From: Candidatus Neoruminococcus faecicola
GTDB taxonomy: Bacteria > Bacillota > Clostridia > Oscillospirales > Ruminococcaceae
Direction of reading: 5' to 3'
DNA length: 64,000 nucleotides
Assembly (NCBI GenBank): GCA_904398325.1
Contig: CAJFPC010000044.1
Coordinates: forward strand, 29,109-93,108
Part shown: positions 37,266 through 46,696 of the stretch, in pieces
How the letters are laid out: every line of letters begins with the position of its first letter
Position numbering within the stretch: the stretch's first letter is position 1
The notes under the pieces: generated by a model
Told to the model about the DNA's origin: nothing
Seen by the model: the letters and a program-made list of their open reading frames with translations, nothing else
Database searches by the model: none
Position numbers and translations under genes: made by a program

Positions 37266-37742
37266 ATGCATGGTGTAACTAGGCTGAAGGTGACGGAGGA
37301 TGTCTCCCTCATCCATTTTTCCAGCATCCCGGATGATATGAAGGTGATCGCGGATATTTTCAGCCGCTTTGCTGAAGCCGGCGTCAACATTGACATGATC
37401 TCCCAGTCTGCGTCCAAGGGCAGCACTGTGAACCTTTCCTTTACGGCGCCGTCGGAGGATATCGTCAAGCTGCTGGCCACCATCAACCGCTTCCGGGAGG
37501 AGTACCCTCTGCTGGACCCGATGGTCAGCAACGGCAACTGCAAAATCCAGCTGTTCGGCGAGGAGATGCGGCAGATGTCCGGCGTAGCGGCCCATGTCTT
37601 TAAGACCACCGCCGGCGTGGAGGATATGATCTTTCTCATCACCACTTCGGAGGTGGATATCTCCCTGCTGGTGGATTCCCACGGCGTGGAGGAAACCGTC
37701 AAAGCGCTGGAAAAGGAATTCGGCGTCACCTGCGAATATTAA
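37266..37742 (+). CDS. stand-alone tandem ACT-domain protein (aspartokinase regulatory/beta-subunit-like)
   Basis: 158 aa with two ACT repeats that carry aspartokinase C-terminal signatures (IFSRFAEAGVNIDMISQS; GVAAHVFKT...DISLLV). No kinase domain is present. Confidence 0.75.
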   Translation: MHGVTRLKVTEDVSLIHFSSIPDDMKVIADIFSRFAEAGVNIDMISQSASKGSTVNLSFTAPSEDIVKLLATINRFREEYPLLDPMVSNGNCKIQLFGEEMRQMSGVAAHVFKTTAGVEDMIFLITTSEVDISLLVDSHGVEETVKALEKEFGVTCEY

Positions 37743-37766
37743 GCTGTTTTTAAAAAGCGCAAAATG

Positions 37767-37794
37767 AAAAGGCCCGGTTTTCCGGGCCTTTTTT
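37767..37794. terminator. bidirectional terminator between the dap operon and tyrS
   Basis: AAAAGGCCCGG, loop TTTT, CCGGGCCTTTT, with A- and T-runs on both sides. Confidence 0.85.
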
Positions 37795-37809
37795 GTGCGA
37801 TTTTTTATG

Positions 37810-39030
37810 TCACAGGGTCGCCTTGTGGAAGACCTTCTTCCCCTTCTTCAGCACCAGGCCGTCGGCAAAGGCCTCTTTGGGGAAGGTCTGGTTGGCGTCG
37901 GCAATCTTTTCGTCTGCCGCAGTGACGCCCCCCTGATTGACCAGACGGCGGGCCTCCCCTTTGGAGGCGCAGAGCCCGCACCGGACCATCAGATCCAGGA
38001 TGCCGATTTTACCATTGGCAAAATCCTCCTCCGACAGCTGGGTGGAGGGCATCGTTTCACTGTCCCCCGCGCCGGAAAACAGCGCCCGGGATGCGGCCAG
38101 GGCCGCGTCGGCATCCTCTGCCGAATGGACCGTTTTTGTCAGTTCGTAGGCCAGGATCTCCTTGGCCTTGTTCAGCTGGCTGCCCTCCCAGGATTCCATG
38201 GCCTCGATTTCCTCGATGGGCACAAAGGTCAGCAGCTTCAGGCAGTTGATGACGTCGTCATCCGCCACATTGCGCCAGTACTGGAAGAACTCATAGGGGG
38301 AGGTTTTCTCCCGATCCAGCCAGACGGCGCCGTTTTCGGTCTTGCCCATCTTTTTGCCTTCCTTGGTGGTCAGCAGCGTGAAGGTGATGCCGTAAACCTC
38401 ATCCCCTGTCACCCGGCGGGTCAGATCCACGCCGCCCAGGATGTTGGACCACTGATCGTCGCCGCCCATCTCCATGGTGCAGCCGTACATTTCATGCAGC
38501 TTGAGGAAGTCATAGCTCTGCATAATCATGTAGTTAAACTCGATGAAGGTCAGCCCGCGCTCATACCGGGCCTTATAGCATTCCGCCGCCAGCATGCGGT
38601 TGACGGTGAAATGCACGCCGATATCCCGCAAAAACTCAATATAATTGAGTTTTTTGAGCCAGTCGCCGTTTTTGGCCAGAATAGCCTTCCCCTCGGAAAA
38701 ATCGATGAATTTGCTCATCTGCTGGCGAAAACGCTCCGCATTGTGGTCGATCTGCTCCTCGGTGAGCATTTTGCGCATATCCGTCTTGCCGGTGGGGTCG
38801 CCCACCATCGTGGTGCCGGTGCCCAGCAGCACAATGGGCACATGGCCGGCCTTCTGCATCCGGGCCATAATCATCAGCTGTAAAAAATGCCCCACATGCA
38901 GGCTGTCCGCCGTAGCGTCAAATCCGATGTAGAAGGTGACCTTGCCCTCATCCAGCGCCTTCTGGATCGCTTCTGCGTTGGTGGTCTGGGCAATCAGGCC
39001 CCGTCTGGTCAGTTCTTCGTAAAGCTTCAT
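37810..39030 (-). CDS. tyrS: tyrosine--tRNA ligase
   Basis: Has the HIGH region (SLHVGHF), a KMSKS variant (KKMGKT) and a C-terminal S4 domain. ATG 39030 follows AAAGGAGAAG. The track start at 39117 lies inside the T-box leader. Confidence 0.95.
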   Translation of the reverse strand: MKLYEELTRRGLIAQTTNAEAIQKALDEGKVTFYIGFDATADSLHVGHFLQLMIMARMQKAGHVPIVLLGTGTTMVGDPTGKTDMRKMLTEEQIDHNAERFRQQMSKFIDFSEGKAILAKNGDWLKKLNYIEFLRDIGVHFTVNRMLAAECYKARYERGLTFIEFNYMIMQSYDFLKLHEMYGCTMEMGGDDQWSNILGGVDLTRRVTGDEVYGITFTLLTTKEGKKMGKTENGAVWLDREKTSPYEFFQYWRNVADDDVINCLKLLTFVPIEEIEAMESWEGSQLNKAKEILAYELTKTVHSAEDADAALAASRALFSGAGDSETMPSTQLSEEDFANGKIGILDLMVRCGLCASKGEARRLVNQGGVTAADEKIADANQTFPKEAFADGLVLKKGKKVFHKATL

Positions 39031-39039
39031 CGTTCTTCT

Positions 39040-39375
39040 CCTTTTCCCTGAATTGGCCGGAGGACGAAAAACACCCTCCGCCTTTTTGAATAAAGACAGA
39101 GGGTGAATCAGATTCACGGTACCACCTCAGTTTTGCGGCAGCATCGCTGCTGACGCCTCACGAAGTCCCAAACAGGACTCCCGCGCGGTAACGGGCGCAA
39201 CCCGGCACACCCTACTTGCCCGCAAGGCGGGGTTCAGGCGGCGGCTCCCGGATGTATTCGCTCTGCAGCGGGGCACTGCCTCTTTTCACCAGCCAGAGGC
39301 TCTCTGAAGCGCCCGTTTGTGCCGCTACTTGTTCCGTTCGCAGCCTTTGATCGGGAGGGATTCCCTCCCCTATGG
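39040..39375 (-). promoter_or_regulatory. T-box leader (tRNA-Tyr responsive) with intrinsic terminator
   Basis: On the minus strand the T-box sequence is AAACTGAGGTGGTACCGTG (plus-strand 39115-39126 core). The specifier context is GAA-TAC-A, with the codon at 39254-39256. The terminator is CACCCTC...GAGGGTG plus TTTTT (39064-39105). Confidence 0.88.
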
Positions 39376-39381
39376 TTATGA

Positions 39382-39410
39382 AGTATAGCGCATCCCGCAG
39401 GAAATGTCAA
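39382..39410 (-). promoter_or_regulatory. sigma-A promoter of the tyrS leader
   Basis: On the minus strand: TTGACA (39405-39410, overlapping the recN stop), 17-bp spacer, TATACT (39382-39387). Confidence 0.65.
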
Positions 39411-41080
39411 ACCTTTTTTGCCAGGGAGAGCATTTCCCGGGCGTTTTCCAGACTGACCGGCGTGATGCGGTCGCCGCTGATGATGCGGGCCAGCTCCTCT
39501 ACCCGCTGTTCCCCTTCCAGCCGGGTCACCTGGGTGAAGGTGCGCCCGCCGGCCACCTGCTTGGCAATGTGCAGATGACAGCCTGCAAAAGCGGCCACCT
39601 GGGCCAGATGGGTCACGCAGATCACCTGGCGGCTGCGGGAAACCTCCCACAGCTTTTGGCCGATTTTTTGGGCGGCCTTGCCGCTGACGCCGGTATCCAC
39701 CTCATCAAAAATCAGGGTGTCGATATTATCCCGGTCGGCCATGACATTTTTGATCGCCAGCATCATGCGGGAGATTTCCCCGCCTGAGGCGATTTTAGCC
39801 AGAGGCCGCGGCTCCTCCCCCACATTGGTCACCGCCAAAAATTCCACCTGGTCACAGCCGTCTTCCGCCAGGGGCTTTTCCCGCCGGGAAAGGGTCAATT
39901 GCACCGAACCCATATCCAAAAAAGCCAGCTCCGCTTCCACTTTGGCACAGAATTCTTCCGCAGCCGCCAGCCGCAGCTGGGTCAGATGCTCCGCCAGCGC
40001 CCTAGCCGACCCGGCTGCCTGGGAGATCTCCTCCTCCAGCTGGGCGCAGCGCTCTTCAGAAAACTCAATCGTTTCCAGTTCCCGGGCGGCATTTTCTCCA
40101 AAGGCGAGAATCTCCGGGATGCTGCTGCCATATTTGCGCTTTAACTGCCGGATCTGCGCCAGACGGTCTTCGATCTCCTCCAGCGGCATTCCGCCGCCCT
40201 CCAGCGCTTCCAGCTGGCGCGCCAGTTCGTGGCCGCATTCCTGAATCTCGTAATAGGAATCGGTGATCTTGGCGGCAAGCTCCTCCAATTCCGGCAGGAA
40301 AGGCACCAGCGCGTTGAAACAGTCGGAAAATTCGCTGAGCTGGTCCTCCAGGCCCGGAAGATCCTCCCCGCCCTCTAACAGGCCCTGACCCTGGGCCAGC
40401 AATTCTGCGATGTGGGCAGCGTTTTTCGCCTTTTTGCGCTCAGCCTCCAGGGATTCTTCCTCTCCCTCTAACAGATTAGCCCCTTCGATTTCCGCAATCT
40501 GATAGCGCAGCAGATCCATGCGGCGCTCTTTTTCCGCCTCGCTGCCGGAAAGGCGCTGCAGCTCCTCCTGCAGGCTGCACAGCCGGCGATAGGCAGTCTG
40601 ATATTCCGCCAGCGCCGGCGCGATATCGGCGCCATACCGGTCGATAAAATCCAAATGGCGGTCGGCATCCAGCAGTTCTCCGCTGTCGTGCTGGCCGTGA
40701 ATGCTGATCAGGCTGGCGGCAATCTCCCGCAGGATGCCCACCGTAGCCGGCCGGCCATTGATTTTGACGGAGGTTTTGTTTTCCCCGATTTCCCGGGTGA
40801 CCAGCAGGCTGCCGTCCTCCTCCGCAGCGTAGCCGTTTTCCCCCAGCACGCGGGAGGCATAATCCGAAATCCCCTCAAACCTGGCGCTCACCAGCGCGGA
40901 GCGTTCCCCGGTGCGGATGATATCCCGCGAGGTGCGCTCCCCCAGAACAGCGTTGATAGCGCCGATCAGAATCGTCTTGCCGGCGCCTGTTTCACCGGTG
41001 AACACGTTGAGCCCCGGCTCCAAAAGGATCGAGGCCTGCTTGATCACCGCAATATTTTCAATATAAAGTTCTGCAAGCAT
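39407..41080 (-). CDS. recN: DNA repair protein RecN
   Basis: Has N-terminal L.I.N.A.I.......EPGLNVFTGETGAGKT, a long coiled coil, and a C-terminal ASGGEISR signature. Confidence 0.95.
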   Translation of the reverse strand: MLAELYIENIAVIKQASILLEPGLNVFTGETGAGKTILIGAINAVLGERTSRDIIRTGERSALVSARFEGISDYASRVLGENGYAAEEDGSLLVTREIGENKTSVKINGRPATVGILREIAASLISIHGQHDSGELLDADRHLDFIDRYGADIAPALAEYQTAYRRLCSLQEELQRLSGSEAEKERRMDLLRYQIAEIEGANLLEGEEESLEAERKKAKNAAHIAELLAQGQGLLEGGEDLPGLEDQLSEFSDCFNALVPFLPELEELAAKITDSYYEIQECGHELARQLEALEGGGMPLEEIEDRLAQIRQLKRKYGSSIPEILAFGENAARELETIEFSEERCAQLEEEISQAAGSARALAEHLTQLRLAAAEEFCAKVEAELAFLDMGSVQLTLSRREKPLAEDGCDQVEFLAVTNVGEEPRPLAKIASGGEISRMMLAIKNVMADRDNIDTLIFDEVDTGVSGKAAQKIGQKLWEVSRSRQVICVTHLAQVAAFAGCHLHIAKQVAGGRTFTQVTRLEGEQRVEELARIISGDRITPVSLENAREMLSLAKKV

Positions 41081-41085
41081 GGCCG

Positions 41086-41541
41086 TTACCTGCCAATCAA
41101 TTTATTGAGCTGCAGCACGAAGTTTTCCGCGCTGGCAAGATCCCGCATCACGATGAGGATGGTATCATCCCCGGCGATGGTACCGACCAGATCCTTCCAA
41201 TGCATGGAATCCAGCGCGGCACACACCGCGTTGGCCATGCCGGTAAAGCACTTGATGACCACCAGATTATTTGCAAAGTCAATTGCCTTTACAGATTCGG
41301 AGAACAGCACATGGAATTTAAAGGACATGTCTGCACTGCCGTCCTTCTGATTAGTCGTGTAGTGGTAGCCCCCGCCGGGAGATTGGGTCTTGATCAGCCG
41401 CAGCTCCTTAATATCCCGGGATACGGTAGCCTGTGTGACATAAAAACCGCTTTCATTCAGCCGGCTGAGCAGCTCCTCCTGGGTGTTGATGGGGTATTCG
41501 CTGATCAGTTCCAAAATTTTGGCGTGTCTTTTTGCTTTCAA
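41086..41541 (-). CDS. argR: arginine repressor
   Basis: Has a winged-helix N-terminus (TQEELLSRLNESGFYVTQATVSRDIKEL) and a C-terminal GTIAGDDTILIV oligomerisation motif. Confidence 0.93.
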   Translation of the reverse strand: MKAKRHAKILELISEYPINTQEELLSRLNESGFYVTQATVSRDIKELRLIKTQSPGGGYHYTTNQKDGSADMSFKFHVLFSESVKAIDFANNLVVIKCFTGMANAVCAALDSMHWKDLVGTIAGDDTILIVMRDLASAENFVLQLNKLIGR

Positions 41542-41553
41542 GGCAATCCCTCC

Positions 41554-42405
41554 TCACGAGTTGGAAATAATTTTTTCCTTTAAAGTGCGGTAAAAATCCA
41601 CTTCATCAAATTGGATAAACTGCGCCATGAAAGAGGATTTTTTTATTTCAACAGAAGCCGCCGGATCAGTTGTATCCAATTTGATGGCTCCGTCAATGGA
41701 AATGTGCAGGTTCGGTGTATAGGCACTGTTAGCGCTCTGCACCGTCAGACGGCTTTCCGGCGGGAACACAAAGGATCGGGAGATCAGCGAATGGGGCGAA
41801 ATCGGGGTCATGGTGATCGCCTCTACCGACGGGTACACAATCGGGCCGCCTGCCGAAAGCGAATAAGCGGTGGTGCCGGTGGGGGTGGCAAAGATGATCC
41901 CGTCCGCGCGGTAATCTGCCGTCGGCGTGCCGTCATAAGAAACCTGCAGGTCGGCCATTTTAGAGTGCAGCGCGTTGGAGATGACCACGTCGTTGATGGC
42001 AAAGCAGCGCTCCTGTTTTGGCCCATCTGTGACGGTGACATCGAAAATCATGCGCCTGGAAACAGAGTATTCCTCTCGGAACAGCCGGTCCAGCAGATGC
42101 AGCTGATCGCTCTCAATTCTGGCCAAAAACCCCATGCGGCCGGCGTTTACACCGACCACCGGCTTCTGGTAAGGGATCGCCACCCGTGCCGCCCGAATGA
42201 TCGAGCCATCCCCTCCAATAGAGATCACCATGTCACAATCTGCAATGGGGGCAGTATCCCCGGTCAAATGCACCGGATAATCGCCAAACTGCCCGGCTTG
42301 GGCGGCGGGCAGATAAATCTCCGCGCCGTGCTCCGCCAGGCGTGCGACTACTGCCCGGGCAATTGCAACATCCTTAAGGGGGTTGGGCATCAGATAAAAT
42401 TTCAT
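41554..42405 (-). CDS. nadK: NAD kinase
   Basis: Has the GGDGSIIRAAR motif and the ATPTGTTAYSLSAGGPIV motif. ATG 42405 follows GAGGGTGAG. Confidence 0.92.
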   Translation of the reverse strand: MKFYLMPNPLKDVAIARAVVARLAEHGAEIYLPAAQAGQFGDYPVHLTGDTAPIADCDMVISIGGDGSIIRAARVAIPYQKPVVGVNAGRMGFLARIESDQLHLLDRLFREEYSVSRRMIFDVTVTDGPKQERCFAINDVVISNALHSKMADLQVSYDGTPTADYRADGIIFATPTGTTAYSLSAGGPIVYPSVEAITMTPISPHSLISRSFVFPPESRLTVQSANSAYTPNLHISIDGAIKLDTTDPAASVEIKKSSFMAQFIQFDEVDFYRTLKEKIISNS

Positions 42406-42419
42406 GGTCTCACCCTCTG

Positions 42420-43220
42420 TCAATCTAAAGTATCATGGGACTGCCCCACCACCGCCCGGATCTCTTCCAGAGAGACGGTGGAAGCTTCCGAGTTCTTTTC
42501 CAGATACATCAGGTATTCCAGGTTTCCCTCCGGGCCTTTGATCGGAGAAAAGGTAAATCCCTTTACAGAGAATCCGATGCCTTTTGCCGCATCAAAAACC
42601 TTGAGAGCCACTTCCTCATGAACGGCGCGGTCGCGCACCACGCCTTTTTTGCCGACTTTATCCCGTCCGGCCTCAAACTGCGGCTTGACCAGGCAGACCA
42701 GGCTGCCGCCCTGCCGCAGCAGCTGCCAGGCTACCGGCAGCACCAGACTGAGGGAAATGAAAGAAACGTCAATCGAAATAAAATCCAGCGGCTCCGGGAT
42801 CTGCTCCCCGGTGACATAGCGGATGTTGGTCCGCTCCAGGTTGACCACCCGGCTGTCGCTGCGCAGCTTCCAGGCCAGCTGGCCATATCCCACATCCACC
42901 GCGTAGACCCTGACCGCGCCGTTTTGCAGCATGCAGTCGGTAAAGCCGCCGGTGGAAGCACCGATATCCGCACAGGTCTTGCCCTCCAGCCGGATGGGAA
43001 AGGCCGCCATCGCTTTTTCCAGCTTCAGGCCCCCCCGGCTGACATAGGCCAGCGCCTCCCCCCGCAGCTCGATCGCCGCAGTGTCGGCAAATTCGCTGCC
43101 GGGTTTATCCTCCTTCTGGCCGTTGACATAGATTTTGCCTTCCATAATCAAAGCTTTGGCTTTTTCCCGGCTGGGCGCCAGCCCATGTTCCGTCACCAAA
43201 AGATCCAGGCGCTTTTTCAT
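42420..43220 (-). CDS. tlyA: TlyA-family rRNA 2'-O-methyltransferase
   Basis: Has an S4 N-terminus (RLDLLVTEHGLAPSREKAKALI), then YVSRGGLKL and the SAM motif DIGASTGGFTD. Confidence 0.9.
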   Translation of the reverse strand: MKKRLDLLVTEHGLAPSREKAKALIMEGKIYVNGQKEDKPGSEFADTAAIELRGEALAYVSRGGLKLEKAMAAFPIRLEGKTCADIGASTGGFTDCMLQNGAVRVYAVDVGYGQLAWKLRSDSRVVNLERTNIRYVTGEQIPEPLDFISIDVSFISLSLVLPVAWQLLRQGGSLVCLVKPQFEAGRDKVGKKGVVRDRAVHEEVALKVFDAAKGIGFSVKGFTFSPIKGPEGNLEYLMYLEKNSEASTVSLEEIRAVVGQSHDTLD

Positions 43221-45064
43221 CGGGCATCCTCCTCATCGATCAAAGCGGCAAGGTGCCCGGCGTCCAGCCCCTCGCGCTGCAGCGCCTGCGGCACCGTGGC
43301 ATGCTCCACAAAATGCCCCAGCGCTGCCAGCCGATAGCTGCCGTGCCAGCCGGCCTGCTGCAGCATCAGGGAAAAATGCTCCCCTATGCCGCCGGAGGCC
43401 ATGCTTTCCTCCACAAATACGATCCGCCGGTAATGCCGGGCGGTTTCCAGCGCCTGCTGCGGCAGCGGGAACACCCGATTGAGTTTGAGCACGCTGGCAG
43501 GCCGGTGCGCCGCATCGGCCGCCTGCGCCGCCAGCACCGCCTCCCGGCCATAGCTGACCAGCAGCGTCTTGGCGCCCTTTTTTTCCCGCAGGCTGACCGG
43601 TTCCTCCGGGTGCTCAAACCGGACGGAGACATCCTCTCCCCCCCGGGGATAGCGCACCGCCGCAAGGCCGGTCTCTTCATAAATCGCCTGCTTAAGCTGG
43701 ATTTTCAGCTCCTCATAATTGGCCGGAGAATAAATCACGCTGCCCGGCAGGGAGGAGATCATCGGGATATCAAAAACCCCCTGATGGGTTGCGCCATCCT
43801 CGCCGACAATGCCGGCACGGTCCACCGCCAGGATGACATGCCTGGGCACAATGGAGGCGTCGTGCAGCATCTGGTCGTAAGCGCGCTGCAAAAAGGTGGA
43901 ATATACTGCAAATACCGGCAAAAAGCCGTCGATCGCCAAGCCACAGGCAAAGGTGAGGCCATGTGCTTCCGCCATGCCCACATCAAAAAGGCGGGGGCGC
44001 AGCTGCGGGTCCTGACGGAAGGCGTCCAGCCCGGTGGCCTCGGTCATGGCGGCAGAAATGGCACAGATGCGGCGGTCCTGCCGGGCCAGCTGGGCCAGCG
44101 TCTGGCCAAAAACGGAGGAGAAGCTCTCCTTCTTCCCCTGGCTGCGGCTGGCGGCAGGCGATACCCCGTGATAGAGATGGGGAAAACGCTCCGCCGGACG
44201 GTAGCCCTTCCCCTTTTTGGTCTGCACGTGAATGAGCACCGGCATCTGGGTCACCTTTGCCCGCTGGAACACCTCCACCAGGTTTTTGATGTTGTGCCCG
44301 TCCACCGGGCCCAGATAACGGAAGCCCAGATCCTCAAAAAAGGTTGTCTTATAGAGGCTCTGCCGCAGGGCTTTTTTGGATTTGGCAAAAAAGTCATACA
44401 TCGCCTGCCCTGCCACCGGGATCTGCATCACGGCGGATTTGACCTGATCTTTGAGCTGAAAATACTCCGGATTGGTGCGCAGCCGCGTCAGATACTTGGC
44501 CACAGAGCCGACGTTTTTGGAAATGGACATTTCGTTGTCGTTGAGAATCACGATCAGACGGTCCTTGGTGCGGCCGGCATTGTTGAGGGCCTCATACACC
44601 AGCCCGCCGGTGAGGGCGCCGTCCCCCAGCACCGCAATGGCAAAGCTGTCTTCCCCCTTCAGGCGCTTGGCAGCCGCCAGGCCGCTGGCAATGGAGATGG
44701 AATTGCTGGAATGGCCGGAAACGCAGATATCGTGCTCGCTTTCCGCCGGGTTGGGAAAGCCGGAAATGCCTCCCTCACGGCGCAGCGTGGCAAAGGCCTC
44801 CCGGCGGCCGGTGAGCAGCTTGTGGGTATAGCTCTGATGCCCCACATCCCAGACAATCTGGTCGGCCGGGGAATCAAACACCTTATGCAGGGCCAGGGTC
44901 AGCTCCACCGTGCCCAGGTTGGAGGCCAAATGGCCGCCGTTTCGCTCTACCGTCTCAATAATATACCGGCGGATCTCGGTGGCCAGCCGGTTCAGCTGCG
45001 TTTCGGAAAGATGCTTGATATCCTTGGGGCTATTGATTTTATTTAACAGCGTGTATTCTGCCAT
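43217..45064 (-). CDS. dxs: 1-deoxy-D-xylulose-5-phosphate synthase
   Basis: Has GGHLASNLGTVELT, then DVGHQSYTHKLLTGR and GDGALTGG. It overlaps tlyA by 4 nt. Confidence 0.95.
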   Translation of the reverse strand: MAEYTLLNKINSPKDIKHLSETQLNRLATEIRRYIIETVERNGGHLASNLGTVELTLALHKVFDSPADQIVWDVGHQSYTHKLLTGRREAFATLRREGGISGFPNPAESEHDICVSGHSSNSISIASGLAAAKRLKGEDSFAIAVLGDGALTGGLVYEALNNAGRTKDRLIVILNDNEMSISKNVGSVAKYLTRLRTNPEYFQLKDQVKSAVMQIPVAGQAMYDFFAKSKKALRQSLYKTTFFEDLGFRYLGPVDGHNIKNLVEVFQRAKVTQMPVLIHVQTKKGKGYRPAERFPHLYHGVSPAASRSQGKKESFSSVFGQTLAQLARQDRRICAISAAMTEATGLDAFRQDPQLRPRLFDVGMAEAHGLTFACGLAIDGFLPVFAVYSTFLQRAYDQMLHDASIVPRHVILAVDRAGIVGEDGATHQGVFDIPMISSLPGSVIYSPANYEELKIQLKQAIYEETGLAAVRYPRGGEDVSVRFEHPEEPVSLREKKGAKTLLVSYGREAVLAAQAADAAHRPASVLKLNRVFPLPQQALETARHYRRIVFVEESMASGGIGEHFSLMLQQAGWHGSYRLAALGHFVEHATVPQALQREGLDAGHLAALIDEEDAR

Positions 45065-45086
45065 GAATCAGACACAACCTTATTGT

Positions 45087-45590
45087 TTATGTTAGGGGGA
45101 TGAGCATCGCAACCAAAATCCCCAGCAGGGCGCCGCACAGCACTTCCAGCGGCGTGTGGCCCAAATATTCTTTGAGAAAAGCTTCCTTTTCCAGCTGTTC
45201 ATCCGCGGTGGCCTCTTCCTTGCTGCCGGAAAAGCTGAAAATATTGTTGAGATTGAAGTTAAAGCCCTTCATCATTTTATTGAGTACCTTGGCCTGCTCC
45301 CCGGCGGCACGGCGCACCCCCATGGCATCGTACATCACGATGCCGGCAAAGGCAAGTGCCAGTGCAAACAGCGGCGAATCAAAGCCCATTTTCCGGGCCA
45401 TGCCAAGGGCCATGGCGCACACCAGCGCTGAGTGGGAGCTTGGGATGCCCCCAGCACCCACCAGGCGCTCCCACTGAAGCTTGCGTGTCATAATCAGTGC
45501 CAGCAAAAATTTGATGACCTGTGCGGACATCCAAGCCATAAATCCTACATTGATCAGATAATTGCTGGTCAATCTTTCCAACAGGTCCAT
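45087..45590 (-). CDS. divergent PAP2/DUF212-family membrane protein (acid phosphatase/vanadium haloperoxidase-related)
   Basis: Has GGIPSSHSALV, then YDAMGVRRAAGEQA and GHTPLEV. It is multi-TM. Confidence 0.75.
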   Translation of the reverse strand: MDLLERLTSNYLINVGFMAWMSAQVIKFLLALIMTRKLQWERLVGAGGIPSSHSALVCAMALGMARKMGFDSPLFALALAFAGIVMYDAMGVRRAAGEQAKVLNKMMKGFNFNLNNIFSFSGSKEEATADEQLEKEAFLKEYLGHTPLEVLCGALLGILVAMLIPLT

Positions 45591-45602
45591 AAATCCCTCC
45601 GG

Positions 45603-46490
45603 TCAATGATCTCTATCCAATAATTCCTCTGCCAGTGTATTTAAAAATTCACCATCCAGCTCCGTACCGCGGATCGCCTCCCGAGCCTTCCGGGTCAGCT
45701 CGCCGGCTCGCTCGTAGGCCCCGGCGATACCGTATAAAGCGGCGTAAGTGACCTTGTGATTTTCCGCGTCGCTTCCGATGGGCTTGCCCAAGCGGGCGGC
45801 ATCACCGGTACAGTCGAGGATATCATCCACAATCTGAAAAGCAAGGCCAATCTGCCGGGCATACTGGTCGGCTGCTTGCAGCACTTCCTCCCTGCCGCCG
45901 GCGGCGATCACCCCCAGCTTTGCGCTGGCCCGGATCAAAGCACCGGTTTTCAGGGCGTTGATCTGATGCAGCGTCCCTTCGCCGATGGCCTTGCCATCAT
46001 TGAGCAGATCCAGCATCTGCCCGCCCAGCATGCCGTAGATCCCGATGGCGGAGGACAGCTCCCGGGCGGCCAGTGCCACCCGATCAGGCGGCAGCAGCTC
46101 CAGCCCTTTTTCGGTCAAAATCTCAAAGGCGCGGGACTGCAGCCCGTCCCCCGCCAGCAGCGCCGTCGCCTCCCCAAACTGGATATGGCAGGAGGGCTTG
46201 CCCCGGCGCATATCATCGTCATCCATGCAGGGCAGATCGTCGTGGATCAAAGAATAAGCATGCACCATTTCCACCGCAGCGGCAAAGGGCAGCGCCTGCT
46301 CCTCCGGCAGCCCGCAGCAGCGGGCGGTCTCCAGCACCAGCATGGCGCGGATGCGCTTGCCGCCCGCCATCAGGCTGTAGCGCATAGCATCCGCCACCTG
46401 CTGCTGATCCAAGCCTTCTTTCGGCAGGCAGGTATCCAGATACGCCTCCACTTTTTTCAGATAAGACTGCGCTGTCTGCTGATAGCTCAT
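45603..46490 (-). CDS. ispA: (2E,6E)-farnesyl diphosphate synthase / polyprenyl synthetase
   Basis: Has FARM (IHDDLPCMDDDDMRRG) and SARM (FQIVDDILD). Confidence 0.9.
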   Translation of the reverse strand: MSYQQTAQSYLKKVEAYLDTCLPKEGLDQQQVADAMRYSLMAGGKRIRAMLVLETARCCGLPEEQALPFAAAVEMVHAYSLIHDDLPCMDDDDMRRGKPSCHIQFGEATALLAGDGLQSRAFEILTEKGLELLPPDRVALAARELSSAIGIYGMLGGQMLDLLNDGKAIGEGTLHQINALKTGALIRASAKLGVIAAGGREEVLQAADQYARQIGLAFQIVDDILDCTGDAARLGKPIGSDAENHKVTYAALYGIAGAYERAGELTRKAREAIRGTELDGEFLNTLAEELLDRDH

Positions 46491-46696
46491 GCTTCTTCCC
46501 CGCTTTCCAGTTCACCGGTGATGGCGGTGAATTTCACCCGCGCTTCCTCCAGCTGCTGCATGCAGCTTTTTACCAGCTTGGCGCCCTCGGCATACAGGGC
46601 CAGGGAATCATCCAGGGAGGTATCCGGGTTTTCCATTTTTGTCAAAATCTCCTGCAGGCGGCCAAAAGACGCCTCAAAAGTCTCTTTCTTTTTCAT
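46487..46696 (-). CDS. xseB: exodeoxyribonuclease VII small subunit
   Basis: 69 aa, beginning FEASFGRLQEILTKME....LDDSL.LY.EG. It overlaps ispA by 4 nt. Confidence 0.9.
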   Translation of the reverse strand: MKKKETFEASFGRLQEILTKMENPDTSLDDSLALYAEGAKLVKSCMQQLEEARVKFTAITGELESGEEA

